Positions 45,159-54,809 are shown, numbered from the stretch's first letter. The stretch: DNA of 64,000 nucleotides from Oscillospiraceae bacterium (GCA_015067305.1 SVMT01000006.1:18751-82750); one strand, 5' to 3'. The notes: generated by a model from the letters alone, not told the origin. Numbers and translations: made by a program.

Positions 45159-46712
45159 ATGAAAATTTTTTCCGGTGTGTTCCCAATAAGACTCGGTAAT
45201 CCTGTTGCGAACGCTGAAACTATTATTGATATCATAAACAAAAATAACGACGCAGATATTTATCTTTTCCCTGCGTACTGCCTTGAGGGTGCTACTTGCG
45301 GCCGCCTTATTGACTTCAAATACTTCAAGGAAGAGATCGAAGAAGCTATCGACAAGCTCTGCGAATTTACAGAAGACAATAAAAAGATCATCGTAACAGC
45401 GGCTCACGGTCATGATAATATCGTTATCAGAGACGGCGATGTGCTAAAGAACACCACTTTTATGTGTGACGGTAAGAAAGTTTCCGTTTCTCAGTCCGTG
45501 CGTGAGGCTTTTGACCTGCTCCTTCTCCCCACTTCCATGCCCAGCTACCCATGTATTCAGAACGATGTTATAGAATTCTGCGCAAAAGCATCTCTTGATA
45601 AAAAATGCTCCGTCGCTGTTGCTAACTCAGGTTTTGGTGAAAGTACAGCGGATAATGTGTTCAAGGGCTTTGCGGGTATCTTTAAAAACGGTATCATCGT
45701 TGATTTCATGGCTCAGGACGAGCCCGAATTAACTTGCTGTATTCAGGATTACGCAAAAGAAACAGGCCTTGTTTATGCAAGAAACCGTGCTATTGATTAT
45801 AAAATTCCTTATTTCGGTAAGAATGAGCCCAAGAGATACCTTTCCGAACTTTTCAAACTTCAGATCCAGGCTCTTTATACCAGACTTAAAAGTTCAGGTA
45901 TTTCCCGTGTTGTGGTAAATGTTTCAGGCGGTTTGGATTCCACACTTGCGCTCATGGTTGCTTCTGAGACAATGAAGATGTTGAAAATGCCCTCTCAGAA
46001 TATTATTGCGATCACTCAGCCGTGCTTCGGAACAGGCGGCAGAACATATAATAACGCAAAAAAACTCATGGAACTTCTCAATGTTACCTCTTTTGAGATA
46101 GATATCAAAAATGCCGTAACTACACATCTTTCCGACATCGGTGCTGATATCAATAACCACGATGTGGTTTACGAAAACGCTCAGGCGAGAGAACGTGCGC
46201 AGGTTGCTTTTGACATGGCAAACAAGTACAACGCAATCGTTATGGGTACAGGCGATATGTCCGAAGCGGCTCTCGGATTCTGCACTTTCGGGGGCGATAC
46301 TCTCGGTCATTACAATGTGAATGCTACAGTTCCCAAGACCGTTATGCAGCACCTTATCCGTCAGCTTTCCGCTGAGAATGAAGGCGAACTCGGTCAGGTA
46401 CTCCTTGATGTTGTTGAAACTCCCATCAGTCCTGAACTCAAAGAGGATCAGAAAACGGAAGATATCGTAGGACCGTATATTCTCCATGATTTCATCATGT
46501 ACTATTTTGCAAAACTTCACCTCTCCAAAGAGGATATCCGTCATTATATGCTCGCGACTTTTGAAGAATACGATGACGATGAGATCGACAAGTGGCTCGA
46601 AGTCTTCTTCAAACGTTTCAAGGCAAGTCGATTCAAGCGTGCGGCTGCTTGCGAGGGTGCAAACCTTATCGGTTTCACGCTCCCGTACATTCCCGCTGAC
46701 GCTGAGATGTAA
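45159..46712 (+). CDS. nadE: NAD+ synthetase with a degenerate N-terminal CN-hydrolase-like domain
   Basis: SGGLDS PP-loop and a C-terminal NAD-synthase pattern. The N-terminal ~215 aa aligns by eye to the glutaminase domain but lacks the catalytic residues. Confidence 0.8.
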   Translation: MKIFSGVFPIRLGNPVANAETIIDIINKNNDADIYLFPAYCLEGATCGRLIDFKYFKEEIEEAIDKLCEFTEDNKKIIVTAAHGHDNIVIRDGDVLKNTTFMCDGKKVSVSQSVREAFDLLLLPTSMPSYPCIQNDVIEFCAKASLDKKCSVAVANSGFGESTADNVFKGFAGIFKNGIIVDFMAQDEPELTCCIQDYAKETGLVYARNRAIDYKIPYFGKNEPKRYLSELFKLQIQALYTRLKSSGISRVVVNVSGGLDSTLALMVASETMKMLKMPSQNIIAITQPCFGTGGRTYNNAKKLMELLNVTSFEIDIKNAVTTHLSDIGADINNHDVVYENAQARERAQVAFDMANKYNAIVMGTGDMSEAALGFCTFGGDTLGHYNVNATVPKTVMQHLIRQLSAENEGELGQVLLDVVETPISPELKEDQKTEDIVGPYILHDFIMYYFAKLHLSKEDIRHYMLATFEEYDDDEIDKWLEVFFKRFKASRFKRAAACEGANLIGFTLPYIPADAEM

Positions 46713-46736
46713 TTTTTAAGTGAATATATTTTTTAT

Positions 46737-47079
46737 GGGGAACCGTTTTTCTTTTCGCGGAAAAAGAAAAACGGTTCCCCAAACCCCTCCAAAAAAGAAA
46801 ACCGATGCTGGAGGGTCCTGTTAAAATATTATTTTTATAAAAATATATTCTAAACGGATTCTTTTCGCGGAAAAAGAAAAAAGGTTCACCAAACCCTTCC
46901 AAAAAAGAAAACCGCTGATTGGGGCATCTTGGAAAAAATGTCCCAATAGCTGATGCATGGAAAAATGCATTTGCGATAGCTATTGGGGCTTTTAGTTTTG
47001 ATTTTGAGCTTTGCTCGGTAAAAGTTTTTTTGGATAGGGGTATGGGGAAAACCTATTTTTACAAAAAATGGTTTTCCCC
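46737..47079 (+). repeat. Structured intergenic module, copy B (expanded)
   Basis: HP1 is a perfect 19-bp stem at 46737-46780. A direct duplication links 46751-46813 and 46861-46923. Inner hairpin CCCAATAGCT / AGCTATTGGG at 46942-46987. Hairpin GAGCtttGCTC at 47006-47016. 3' arm at 47021-47040. HP2 at 47044-47079. Confidence 0.7.
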
Positions 47080-47101
47080 ATATAAAACTTAAATATTTCC
47101 C

Positions 47102-50100
47102 TTATGCTCTCCAGTTGGGGTTATAGGTTGAAATGTCAAATCCGTTGAGCATTTGCACTTTGAAATTCTTCACGGCGCAATACTTTTCATTGATTTTATC
47201 GTGGCAGAGATTAGCCAGCGCATGGTAGAGTGGCTGATGAACAGAGAGATGTACAAAATTGTATACGGAGAAATTCTTCACACCGATTTCTTTCAGCTTT
47301 TTCCGATTTTCAATGATCGTTTCTGCGTCTGACGGCCAAGAGAATATGCCGCCGTAGAATTTTACGTTGTATTTTGCCGCAATTTCCATGTACTTTTTTG
47401 CGCCCTCAATGATTTTTTTGAGGTCATGAAAATGGAAACGTCTGACGGTTTCAGTTACTTTGCACTTTTCGATGTATTTTTTCATATCAATGAATTCGCC
47501 ATCCATGCAGTCGTCAATTTGCTCGTAAAGCTCCATAGTATCCTGGCAAATGCAGTCTATAAGTCCGTTTTTCGCCCAAGTTTCAATGTCAATGCCGATA
47601 TGCTTTGCTGTTTCAGGGCTGTAATCCGTAATAATGTTTATTTTAACGTGTCTGCCTGCGAATTCATCAAGCTCTTTGCGGAGTTTCGTCATGAATTCCG
47701 TCATGAATTCACACCATATTCCGTGCATTCTGGGGTCTTTTATCGGCAGCAAGCAAGGGTCAATATCGGGATATTTTTCATGGAAACGTTTGATTACGGG
47801 TTCTTCAAAGCCTATCATGATTCCTCTGTGGAGAATAAGCGAGACTCCGTCAAAGCCATAGCCGAGCGCTTCTTTGAAGCCGTTTATCGCATAGTCCCAA
47901 ACTTCGGGATATGCAAAGGAGCAAACCTGAACAGTTCTTCCGTCACGGGTCTTGCAGAACATCTCCGAATGTTTTTGCACGAATCCGGTTTTGATATGAC
48001 CGTCGAAATCAATGCCCAAATCTGCAATACTCATTCGGTAGGCGGCAAGAGCTTCCACATTGATGCTATGGAGAAAATCTATCTTTGTTTTGTAGTATTT
48101 TTCTTTGTTTTCTCGGTGGACTGTATCTCCGTCAGCAATGAGTCTTGATGCTTTCCTCATCATTGTTTCGGGGGATTTTTTAACATCGTAGTCTGATGTT
48201 ATTTCCATGGAACAGATTTCGGCATCTGAATTTTTAAGTCTTGAATACCTCGATAAAACATTATCGTTTTCTGCAATGGCTTCCATGGTGTTTTCGTTGC
48301 CGTCGTAGTGATAATGAGCGTTTTTATTGCTTTTTGTGGAGGTATATGCCTTATACTCTTCCACCTCTTCGGTGGTCATTTGTTCAAATTTAAACCAAGC
48401 AATGGCTACGCCTTTAGCATTGAATCCTTTCGGCTTTTTCAGAATGATATCATTGTCGCTCATGTCTGCACATTTCCAGAAAAACTCCTGAGCATATTCG
48501 TAAGGTGCCCATTTGGACGGGGTTCCCTCCTTGGGCGGAACTACCGATTCGAATGCTATGTCAGAGGAAAGTTTCAAGTGGAATCTGTTCTGAAATTCCA
48601 TTTTGATAGTGCAAATATATATTCTGTGCCAACCTTTTAACTGCGGTGCGAGTATTACATCTTCAGGCACTGTTTCTTCTCCTGCTACCAATGCTTTCCC
48701 TTTGGTTTCGCCGATCTCGTAGTCCATTGCGAACCAGTTTTTGGAAGTGAGATCTGCGGTTACGGCATTTTTATTTTTTACTATTTGCGTGAGATCTGAA
48801 AATAGGATTTCCTTCATTATTAAAACCTTCTTTTGAGAATATTTATTTTTCAACCAAGCGGCATGTGTTGATTCTTTGTCGAAAGTCTTGCCTGCGGAAG
48901 CGTAGTCGATAAGAATAAGCTCGTCACCGTCTGTTGTCGGGACTGAAACTGTAAGCTCTGCATCGGGAATCACTTTGTTTAAGAGGATTTTTCCGTCAAC
49001 GGTTCCGTCCTTATTGAAGTTTATGGAAACAGGTGTTTTCGGATCAACGCCTGCTCTGCGGTCGATTGCAAGTATCAAAGCGCCTTTGCGCAATGCAACG
49101 TAATCATTTTTATAGGGTGAATCTTCGGGAGGATCTATGCGGAAAATGCGGGAATCAAATTCGATTTCCACAATATTTCCCGTTTCCCATGTCTTTTTGA
49201 TATGCTTATAGCCATTTTCTGCCGGAATATCCTCATGGTTTACTTTGATTTCAGTGTTTTTGCTCCATTCGGGTATTCTGAGTGCCAGATCAAACAGCTC
49301 TTCTTCACAGTTAACAGTAATTTTAATGGAATTTCCGTAAGGGTAGTCCGATTTTATATCAAATTTTGCGATTTTTCCGCTGGGGGTTTGTGCTGAAAGG
49401 TGACCGTTAAGATAGAAATTCAGAACTATACCATCTTCGGAGATCAATGCGGCGTGGGATGCAACCGTTCCGAATGCCATTGGGCTGATGCACGCACAGC
49501 AACCGTAAAAACTTCCGTCGCTCATAACTTTCATTCCGCCTGTCATTATCCCTTTTTCGGTTGCACGCAGGGCACTGTAACTATCAAAAGGCAGGAATCC
49601 GCAGTAATTTTTGCCGTCTGAAGAAACTTTTACTTCGTTTTTGTGAGTATTTGCCGCACCGATAAACGCATTGAAGAATGTCTGTTCAATGCAATCCGCA
49701 TAAGCAGGGTCTCCCGTTAGACGCAAAACCTGACCGCAGTATTTCATCCATGTGACGCTGACGCAAGTCTCTTGCATTATGCCATCAAATTTCGGGTCAA
49801 CCTGGCTGAGACGTGTGTTGTCGAAGATCTCGTGAGTGCAGCCGCTGCAACCGATGATCGAAATTTCATTTTCACGGACCTTTTCTGCAAAGTTGATTAC
49901 CGCTTTTTTGTATTTTTCAATACCCGTCAGACGGTAGTATTCCGCAAGCCCCTCAAAGCATGACATCGTTTCATAAGCTTTCTGTTCAGGGTATTGGTGG
50001 GGGAGAAGCTCATTTTCGTATGCCAATTTAAAAATTGTAAGTTCGTTTTCCGAACCGTGGCAGACCTCCACAATGTAATCTGCAAAATCCATGTATTCTT

Positions 50101-50710
50101 TTTTACCCGTGAATTTGTACAGTCTTACAACAGGTTCAAGGATCGAGCATGCATTTGCGCAGAGCCAGAAAGTGGAAGTTTCGGTGATTTTTATCTTATC
50201 TGACCCTATCTTGGTGATAATATAGTCCAGATGACGGCACATTACGGCGATAATTTCTTTTTTCAGAGCTTCGTCGTCGCAGATCTCATAAAAATATTGG
50301 AGTCCGAGAAGAACATATTTTCTGCCCCACATATCCCAGCCGTGGAATTCCGCTTCAGTGCTGTATGATGAGATCCTTCCGAGCTCATCCTGCGCAGAAA
50401 GCAGATCACGAACAGAATCTTCAAGGATCTTGTACAGTTCCTCATCCTGCGAATAAGCGCAAATAGCCGCCGCACCGCGCATCATTTTGCCCCAATATTC
50501 GCATCTCCAGCCGTTATCGTGGTCATCGGAGTTGAATTTGAACTGATAAACGAATTTTTTCCAAAGGTCAATATCTTTGATCTGATTTTCTTCTGTAAAT
50601 TTCAGCGTTTTTGCAAATATTCCGCCTAATTCCGCATCGGAAACGGGGTTGTAAAGAAATTTATCTTTTTCAAAAGATGATATCACAAACTCATTTTTAT
50701 ATTTTTGCAT
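47102..50710 (-). CDS. GH127-like (DUF1680) glycoside hydrolase fused to an uncharacterised ~570-aa C-terminal module
   Basis: The N-terminal 631 aa carries QETCVSVTWMKY and FYGCCACISP motifs reminiscent of GH127. An in-frame Met632 (ATG 48815-48817) begins a second protein-like unit. Confidence 0.65.
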   Translation of the reverse strand: MQKYKNEFVISSFEKDKFLYNPVSDAELGGIFAKTLKFTEENQIKDIDLWKKFVYQFKFNSDDHDNGWRCEYWGKMMRGAAAICAYSQDEELYKILEDSVRDLLSAQDELGRISSYSTEAEFHGWDMWGRKYVLLGLQYFYEICDDEALKKEIIAVMCRHLDYIITKIGSDKIKITETSTFWLCANACSILEPVVRLYKFTGKKEYMDFADYIVEVCHGSENELTIFKLAYENELLPHQYPEQKAYETMSCFEGLAEYYRLTGIEKYKKAVINFAEKVRENEISIIGCSGCTHEIFDNTRLSQVDPKFDGIMQETCVSVTWMKYCGQVLRLTGDPAYADCIEQTFFNAFIGAANTHKNEVKVSSDGKNYCGFLPFDSYSALRATEKGIMTGGMKVMSDGSFYGCCACISPMAFGTVASHAALISEDGIVLNFYLNGHLSAQTPSGKIAKFDIKSDYPYGNSIKITVNCEEELFDLALRIPEWSKNTEIKVNHEDIPAENGYKHIKKTWETGNIVEIEFDSRIFRIDPPEDSPYKNDYVALRKGALILAIDRRAGVDPKTPVSINFNKDGTVDGKILLNKVIPDAELTVSVPTTDGDELILIDYASAGKTFDKESTHAAWLKNKYSQKKVLIMKEILFSDLTQIVKNKNAVTADLTSKNWFAMDYEIGETKGKALVAGEETVPEDVILAPQLKGWHRIYICTIKMEFQNRFHLKLSSDIAFESVVPPKEGTPSKWAPYEYAQEFFWKCADMSDNDIILKKPKGFNAKGVAIAWFKFEQMTTEEVEEYKAYTSTKSNKNAHYHYDGNENTMEAIAENDNVLSRYSRLKNSDAEICSMEITSDYDVKKSPETMMRKASRLIADGDTVHRENKEKYYKTKIDFLHSINVEALAAYRMSIADLGIDFDGHIKTGFVQKHSEMFCKTRDGRTVQVCSFAYPEVWDYAINGFKEALGYGFDGVSLILHRGIMIGFEEPVIKRFHEKYPDIDPCLLPIKDPRMHGIWCEFMTEFMTKLRKELDEFAGRHVKINIITDYSPETAKHIGIDIETWAKNGLIDCICQDTMELYEQIDDCMDGEFIDMKKYIEKCKVTETVRRFHFHDLKKIIEGAKKYMEIAAKYNVKFYGGIFSWPSDAETIIENRKKLKEIGVKNFSVYNFVHLSVHQPLYHALANLCHDKINEKYCAVKNFKVQMLNGFDISTYNPNWRA

Positions 50711-50720
50711 GGTTTTTTCC

Positions 50721-52271
50721 TCACATATTGAATATTTTCTTTAAATATGGCAACAAAGTTTCTGCCATACAAGTGAATCCCATATCGTTGGGGTGGCAGT
50801 TGTCAACGGTACAACCGTCTCCTCCGAATAATTTGAATATCTCGGAACAGTCAATGAAATAAACGTTCTTATCTCCTTTTGCCAAGGCTTTTTCGTATGT
50901 GTTTTTTATGATGTCTCTGCGGCGTTTTTCATCTTCTGTAATGCGGATATGAGGTCTTGACATCATGATTATTGGCAGGTCGGGATTCTTTTCTCTGATT
51001 TGATTGAAGAATTTTTCATGAGTTTCTTCCAGATGGTCAGCTGTTGGTGCATTATGATCGTAATCCAATACAAAAGCGGACATTTTCAATCCTGCAATAT
51101 AGTCTCCAATAATATCCTCACCTTTTGCGCTGCCTGAAAAACCGAGATTTCTGTGGTCACAGTTTATTTTTCTTGAAATTATTGCCTGATAAGCGTTTCC
51201 CGGTCTGGACGCGCATCCACCTTGGGTTATGGAGCTGCCGTAATAAACCACAGGATCGGTTATTTCGTAGTCCGAAGCCTCGCTGAGGGTTGAGTCTGTT
51301 TTCAGACCGATCTTGAATTCCTTAACCCCGCTGTAGAGAGGAAAGTTTATTGTATATTCATATTCGCCCTCGCTCACGTATACAAGGGACTCGTATCCGT
51401 CTTCGATTCCATAAGGTGGGAAGAATGAAGCACAGAAAATGTCCTCTCCGCCTTCATTTTTGTAGAGGTCAAAGCCTGCAGAACCTGTTGTAGCAAAATG
51501 AGGCATTTTACCTATTTCGTGGAGCTTCGCTTGTATTGCGATGAAAGGAGAATTTGTCTTGAATTTCACACGGCCACCTGCAGTGTGTTTGCTGAGTAAC
51601 GCAACGCCTTCATTCGTTCCGTCAGCGATATCTTTTGGAACTCTTCTGAAAAATCCTTCCTCTTCGGTGGGCATGAGCAGTCCGAATATCTTTATAGGCT
51701 TTTTCATGCAATCAATAAATACGATGTCATCTCTGCCGCAAGCTGATGTTGGTTTAAAGTTCTTGTCAATTTCTTCGATTTTCATGGTTTTGGTCTCCTT
51801 TTGATATGCTATTCTGGGTTCGCCGTTTGCAAGCTTTATAATTCCGCAACGGACAAAACCTTCTTTTTCAAGTTGGTGTTGCATTACTTTATTGTCGTGG
51901 TGTGTGTCGATCTTTATGTTGTCGGTATGCTGTAATGCGTATTTTACACATTCGTGTAGCATCCCTTTTTTCTTGCCTGCGCTTGCAACCCTGTGCATGG
52001 CGGCGTAAGGTTTGTCGTTGAGCCACTTTCCGTCTATCTCGTTGTAAGTGGGGTCAACTCCGGGAATGAACGCAAAAACAGCATGAATGATTTCGTCCTC
52101 GCAAACAGCGTAAAGATTTTCCCTTTTAATATCATCTTCGATGATCTCACGTGTGGGGTAAATATTTTTCCATTGGTTTCCGTTTCCCGTTTGACGCATG
52201 AATTCACGTGCGCCTGCGTAAATATCTAGGACCGTTTCAAGATCCGAGGTTGTAGCTTTCCTGATTTTCAT
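50721..52271 (-). CDS. GNAT N-acetyltransferase fused to an SGNH/GDSL esterase
   Basis: aa 1-160 look like a complete GNAT. aa 163-516 carry SGNH blocks (YYGSSITQG, LGFSGSA, YDHNA, DNCHPND). An internal AAGGAGA plus ATG lies at 51783-51785. Confidence 0.75.
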   Translation of the reverse strand: MKIRKATTSDLETVLDIYAGAREFMRQTGNGNQWKNIYPTREIIEDDIKRENLYAVCEDEIIHAVFAFIPGVDPTYNEIDGKWLNDKPYAAMHRVASAGKKKGMLHECVKYALQHTDNIKIDTHHDNKVMQHQLEKEGFVRCGIIKLANGEPRIAYQKETKTMKIEEIDKNFKPTSACGRDDIVFIDCMKKPIKIFGLLMPTEEEGFFRRVPKDIADGTNEGVALLSKHTAGGRVKFKTNSPFIAIQAKLHEIGKMPHFATTGSAGFDLYKNEGGEDIFCASFFPPYGIEDGYESLVYVSEGEYEYTINFPLYSGVKEFKIGLKTDSTLSEASDYEITDPVVYYGSSITQGGCASRPGNAYQAIISRKINCDHRNLGFSGSAKGEDIIGDYIAGLKMSAFVLDYDHNAPTADHLEETHEKFFNQIREKNPDLPIIMMSRPHIRITEDEKRRRDIIKNTYEKALAKGDKNVYFIDCSEIFKLFGGDGCTVDNCHPNDMGFTCMAETLLPYLKKIFNM

Positions 52272-52433
52272 ATTTTTCCCTCTTTTCGGTAAAAGCCCAA
52301 ATTTATCATAAAATTTTATGTAAGTCTATTGACTTTTTCAATAGAATGAGTTATACTTTTCTATATGATTTTATCATATTTAAGCGCAAATGTCAACCCT
52401 AAAATAAATATAAATATAAAAAAGGATATAAAA

Positions 52434-53144
52434 ATGGATAAAAAAATAAAAGTAGTAATGTTCGACCTTGACGGAACGCTTCTTCCCATGGATCAGGATG
52501 TTTTTGTCGGCACATATTTCAATCTTCTTGCGAAAAAAATGACAGAATACGGCTATGAACCGAAGTCTTTAATCGAGAATGTTTGGAAATGCACTTATGC
52601 AATGGTGAAAAATGACGGAAAATGCACTAACGAGACCGCATTCTGGAACGGCTTTTCTAAGATCTACGGGGAGGATCGCTTGAAAGATACTTCGATTTTT
52701 GATTCCTTCTATAATAACGAGTTCCTTGCAGTTAAAGATGTTTGCGGTTTTTCTCCCAAGTCAAGCGAAGTTGTCCGCAACTTGAAAGATCGCGGCTACA
52801 GAGTGGTTCTTGCCACAAATCCTGTATTTCCTGCGGTTGCAACGCTTAATAGATGCCGTTGGGCGGGACTTGAACCGAATGATTTTGAGCATATAACTAC
52901 CTATGAAAACTCAACTTATTGCAAACCAAATCCCGAATATTTCAAGGAAATAATGTCTAAGATCGGAGTTTCTCCCGAAGAATGCCTCATGGTCGGAAAC
53001 GATGTTGCTGAAGATGGTTCAGCGATGAAAGCGGGAATTAGCGTGTTTTTCCTGACTGATTGCCTTATAAATAAGGAAAATACCGATTTTTCTCCATATC
53101 CCCACGGTAATTTTGATGATCTTATTGAATATATAAACAGTTAA
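52434..53144 (+). CDS. HAD-superfamily hydrolase
   Basis: VVMFDLDGTLL motif I, a downstream ATNP motif and GNDVAEDG motif IV. The ATG at 52434 gives the canonical N-terminus. Confidence 0.8.
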   Translation: MDKKIKVVMFDLDGTLLPMDQDVFVGTYFNLLAKKMTEYGYEPKSLIENVWKCTYAMVKNDGKCTNETAFWNGFSKIYGEDRLKDTSIFDSFYNNEFLAVKDVCGFSPKSSEVVRNLKDRGYRVVLATNPVFPAVATLNRCRWAGLEPNDFEHITTYENSTYCKPNPEYFKEIMSKIGVSPEECLMVGNDVAEDGSAMKAGISVFFLTDCLINKENTDFSPYPHGNFDDLIEYINS

Positions 53145-53156
53145 AGGAGAAACAAA

Positions 53157-54782
53157 ATGAAACTTAGATTACCCGATATGATACGTATTTACGGTGAAAA
53201 CTGGACTAAGGAATTTGACTGTAAATATGTGAACGGAAGCGCTTTTCATGTGGATTTTGACGACGTTAATATTGATTTTGAAAAGAAAGACGCTCTTGAA
53301 GTCCGTGTGAAAGCAAATACCACTCCGTTGAATTTTATTCGTCTTCGCTATAATTTCACAGAGGACGAAAAACGCAAAGACCTCATCAAGATAATGGGCG
53401 ACACTTTTGAGCGAGGCTACGGTGAACTTGAATGGTTCGGCATCAAGCCCGAAAGAACTTTCCCCTGGTATATACTTGTTTCCAACGGAAGCGATACAAA
53501 CCTTGATTGCAGCGGCAGATTTACCGAAGGCTTTGGCGTAAAGACTATGACAAGCTCTTTTGTTGTTTGGCAGTATGACTCCGCAGGTATTCTTGTCTGG
53601 ATCGACATCAGAAACGGCGGTAAAGGTGTTCACCTTAACGGCAGAGAACTCCTTGCCTGCGAGATACTTTTCGGAGAATTCCGCGATATGTCCGCTTTTC
53701 ATGCAGGAAAAGAGTTCTGCAAAATGATGTGTCCCAACCCCGTTTTGCCGAAACACAAGGTCTATGGTTCCAATAACTGGTATTATGCATACGGAAATTC
53801 CTCTCATGACGAGATCCTTTCCGATACAAAGCTTGTTGCTGAGGAATGTAAGGGGCTTGAAAATATACCCTATATGGTTATTGACGACGGATGGCAGAAA
53901 AATGCGACCGATGCGCCCTGGACAGTTCTGAATGAAAAGTTCCGCGACATGAAAGAGCTGGCATCCGAAATGACGAAGTTGGGTGTCAGACCCGGTATTT
54001 GGGTTCGTTATCTCATTGACAGCCACAATGAAGTACCTGAAGCTAAGCCTGAATGGAGATTCAAACATTCGCCTAAATTCTTTGACCCCTCACATCCCGA
54101 AGTTATCGACTATGTAAAACGCACCACGAAAATGCTGGTTGATTGGGGTTATAAGCTCATTAAACACGACTTTTCCACCCACGATATTTTCGGAAAATTT
54201 CGTATGACGGAAAGAATTGCACCAAACGGCTGGGATTTTTACGATAAGACTCGCACATCTGCTGAAATCGTTGTTGATTTCTATAAAGCGGTAAAAGAAG
54301 CCGCAGGCGAAGACTGCGTTATTATCGGATGTAACACCGTCGGACATCTTTGCGCAGGAATTTATGAGTTGAACCGTACAGGTGACGACACGAGTGGCAG
54401 AAGATTCGAAGATACACGTAAAATGGGCGTAAATACTCTTGCTTTCAGAATGATACACAACGAGACCTTCTATATGGCTGACGCTGACTGCGTTGGTATC
54501 ATGGGCCCCATTCCCTGGGCACTTAACAGAGAATGGCTCACAGCCCTTTCACGAAGCGGATCACCCTTGTTTGTTTCATGTAAGCCCAGAATCCTCAACG
54601 AATCTGAGCTTGAGGAGCTTCGTGAGGCGTACAAGATCAATTCCGTTCAGGAAAATGAGCTTCGTCCTTTGGACTGGATGGAAAATGTTTGTCCTAACCG
54701 CTGGCTTCTTGACGGCAAGGAAATAGAATTTAAATGGTACGACCACGCAGGTCCCGAATACTATAATCCTTATTGGAATTGA
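53157..54782 (+). CDS. Clan GH-D-like TIM-barrel glycosidase (melibiase/alpha-galactosidase-like)
   Basis: YMVIDDGWQ and LIKHDF motifs resemble GH27/GH36-type alpha-galactosidases. No signal peptide. AAGGAGA as SD. Confidence 0.55.
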   Translation: MKLRLPDMIRIYGENWTKEFDCKYVNGSAFHVDFDDVNIDFEKKDALEVRVKANTTPLNFIRLRYNFTEDEKRKDLIKIMGDTFERGYGELEWFGIKPERTFPWYILVSNGSDTNLDCSGRFTEGFGVKTMTSSFVVWQYDSAGILVWIDIRNGGKGVHLNGRELLACEILFGEFRDMSAFHAGKEFCKMMCPNPVLPKHKVYGSNNWYYAYGNSSHDEILSDTKLVAEECKGLENIPYMVIDDGWQKNATDAPWTVLNEKFRDMKELASEMTKLGVRPGIWVRYLIDSHNEVPEAKPEWRFKHSPKFFDPSHPEVIDYVKRTTKMLVDWGYKLIKHDFSTHDIFGKFRMTERIAPNGWDFYDKTRTSAEIVVDFYKAVKEAAGEDCVIIGCNTVGHLCAGIYELNRTGDDTSGRRFEDTRKMGVNTLAFRMIHNETFYMADADCVGIMGPIPWALNREWLTALSRSGSPLFVSCKPRILNESELEELREAYKINSVQENELRPLDWMENVCPNRWLLDGKEIEFKWYDHAGPEYYNPYWN

Positions 54783-54809
54783 TTTATTATAATTTTTATA
54801 TTTTTTTAT

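Noticed and set aside
45924-46544. 206-aa ORF antisense to nadE
   Set aside because: It is an antisense shadow ORF, while the sense frame carries the SGGLDS NAD-synthase motifs.
46675-46902. 75-aa ORF across the nadE-downstream repeat, and similar ORFs at 54773..54982, 54576..54851, 14958..15185 and 15127..15522
   Set aside because: They run through hairpin and repeat DNA. Their translations are dominated by F/K/G from poly-A/T and GGGGAAA tracts. The paired-stem structure explains the sequence better than coding does.
46751-46923. Direct repeats considered as a mini CRISPR array
   Set aside because: There are only two copies. They are imperfect, form part of a larger palindromic module, and have no cas genes or leader in the window.
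46737-47079. The module as a MITE or transposon remnant
   Set aside because: I could not identify a transposase or integrase ORF, terminal inverted repeats with target-site duplications, or both orientations. The idea cannot be excluded without a genome-wide census.
47426-48148. 240-aa ORF antisense to the GH127-fusion gene
   Set aside because: It is an antisense shadow ORF with no SD and no motifs.
53169-54068. 299-aa ORF antisense to the GH-D-like gene
   Set aside because: It is an antisense shadow ORF, while the sense frame carries the DDGWQ / KHDF motifs.
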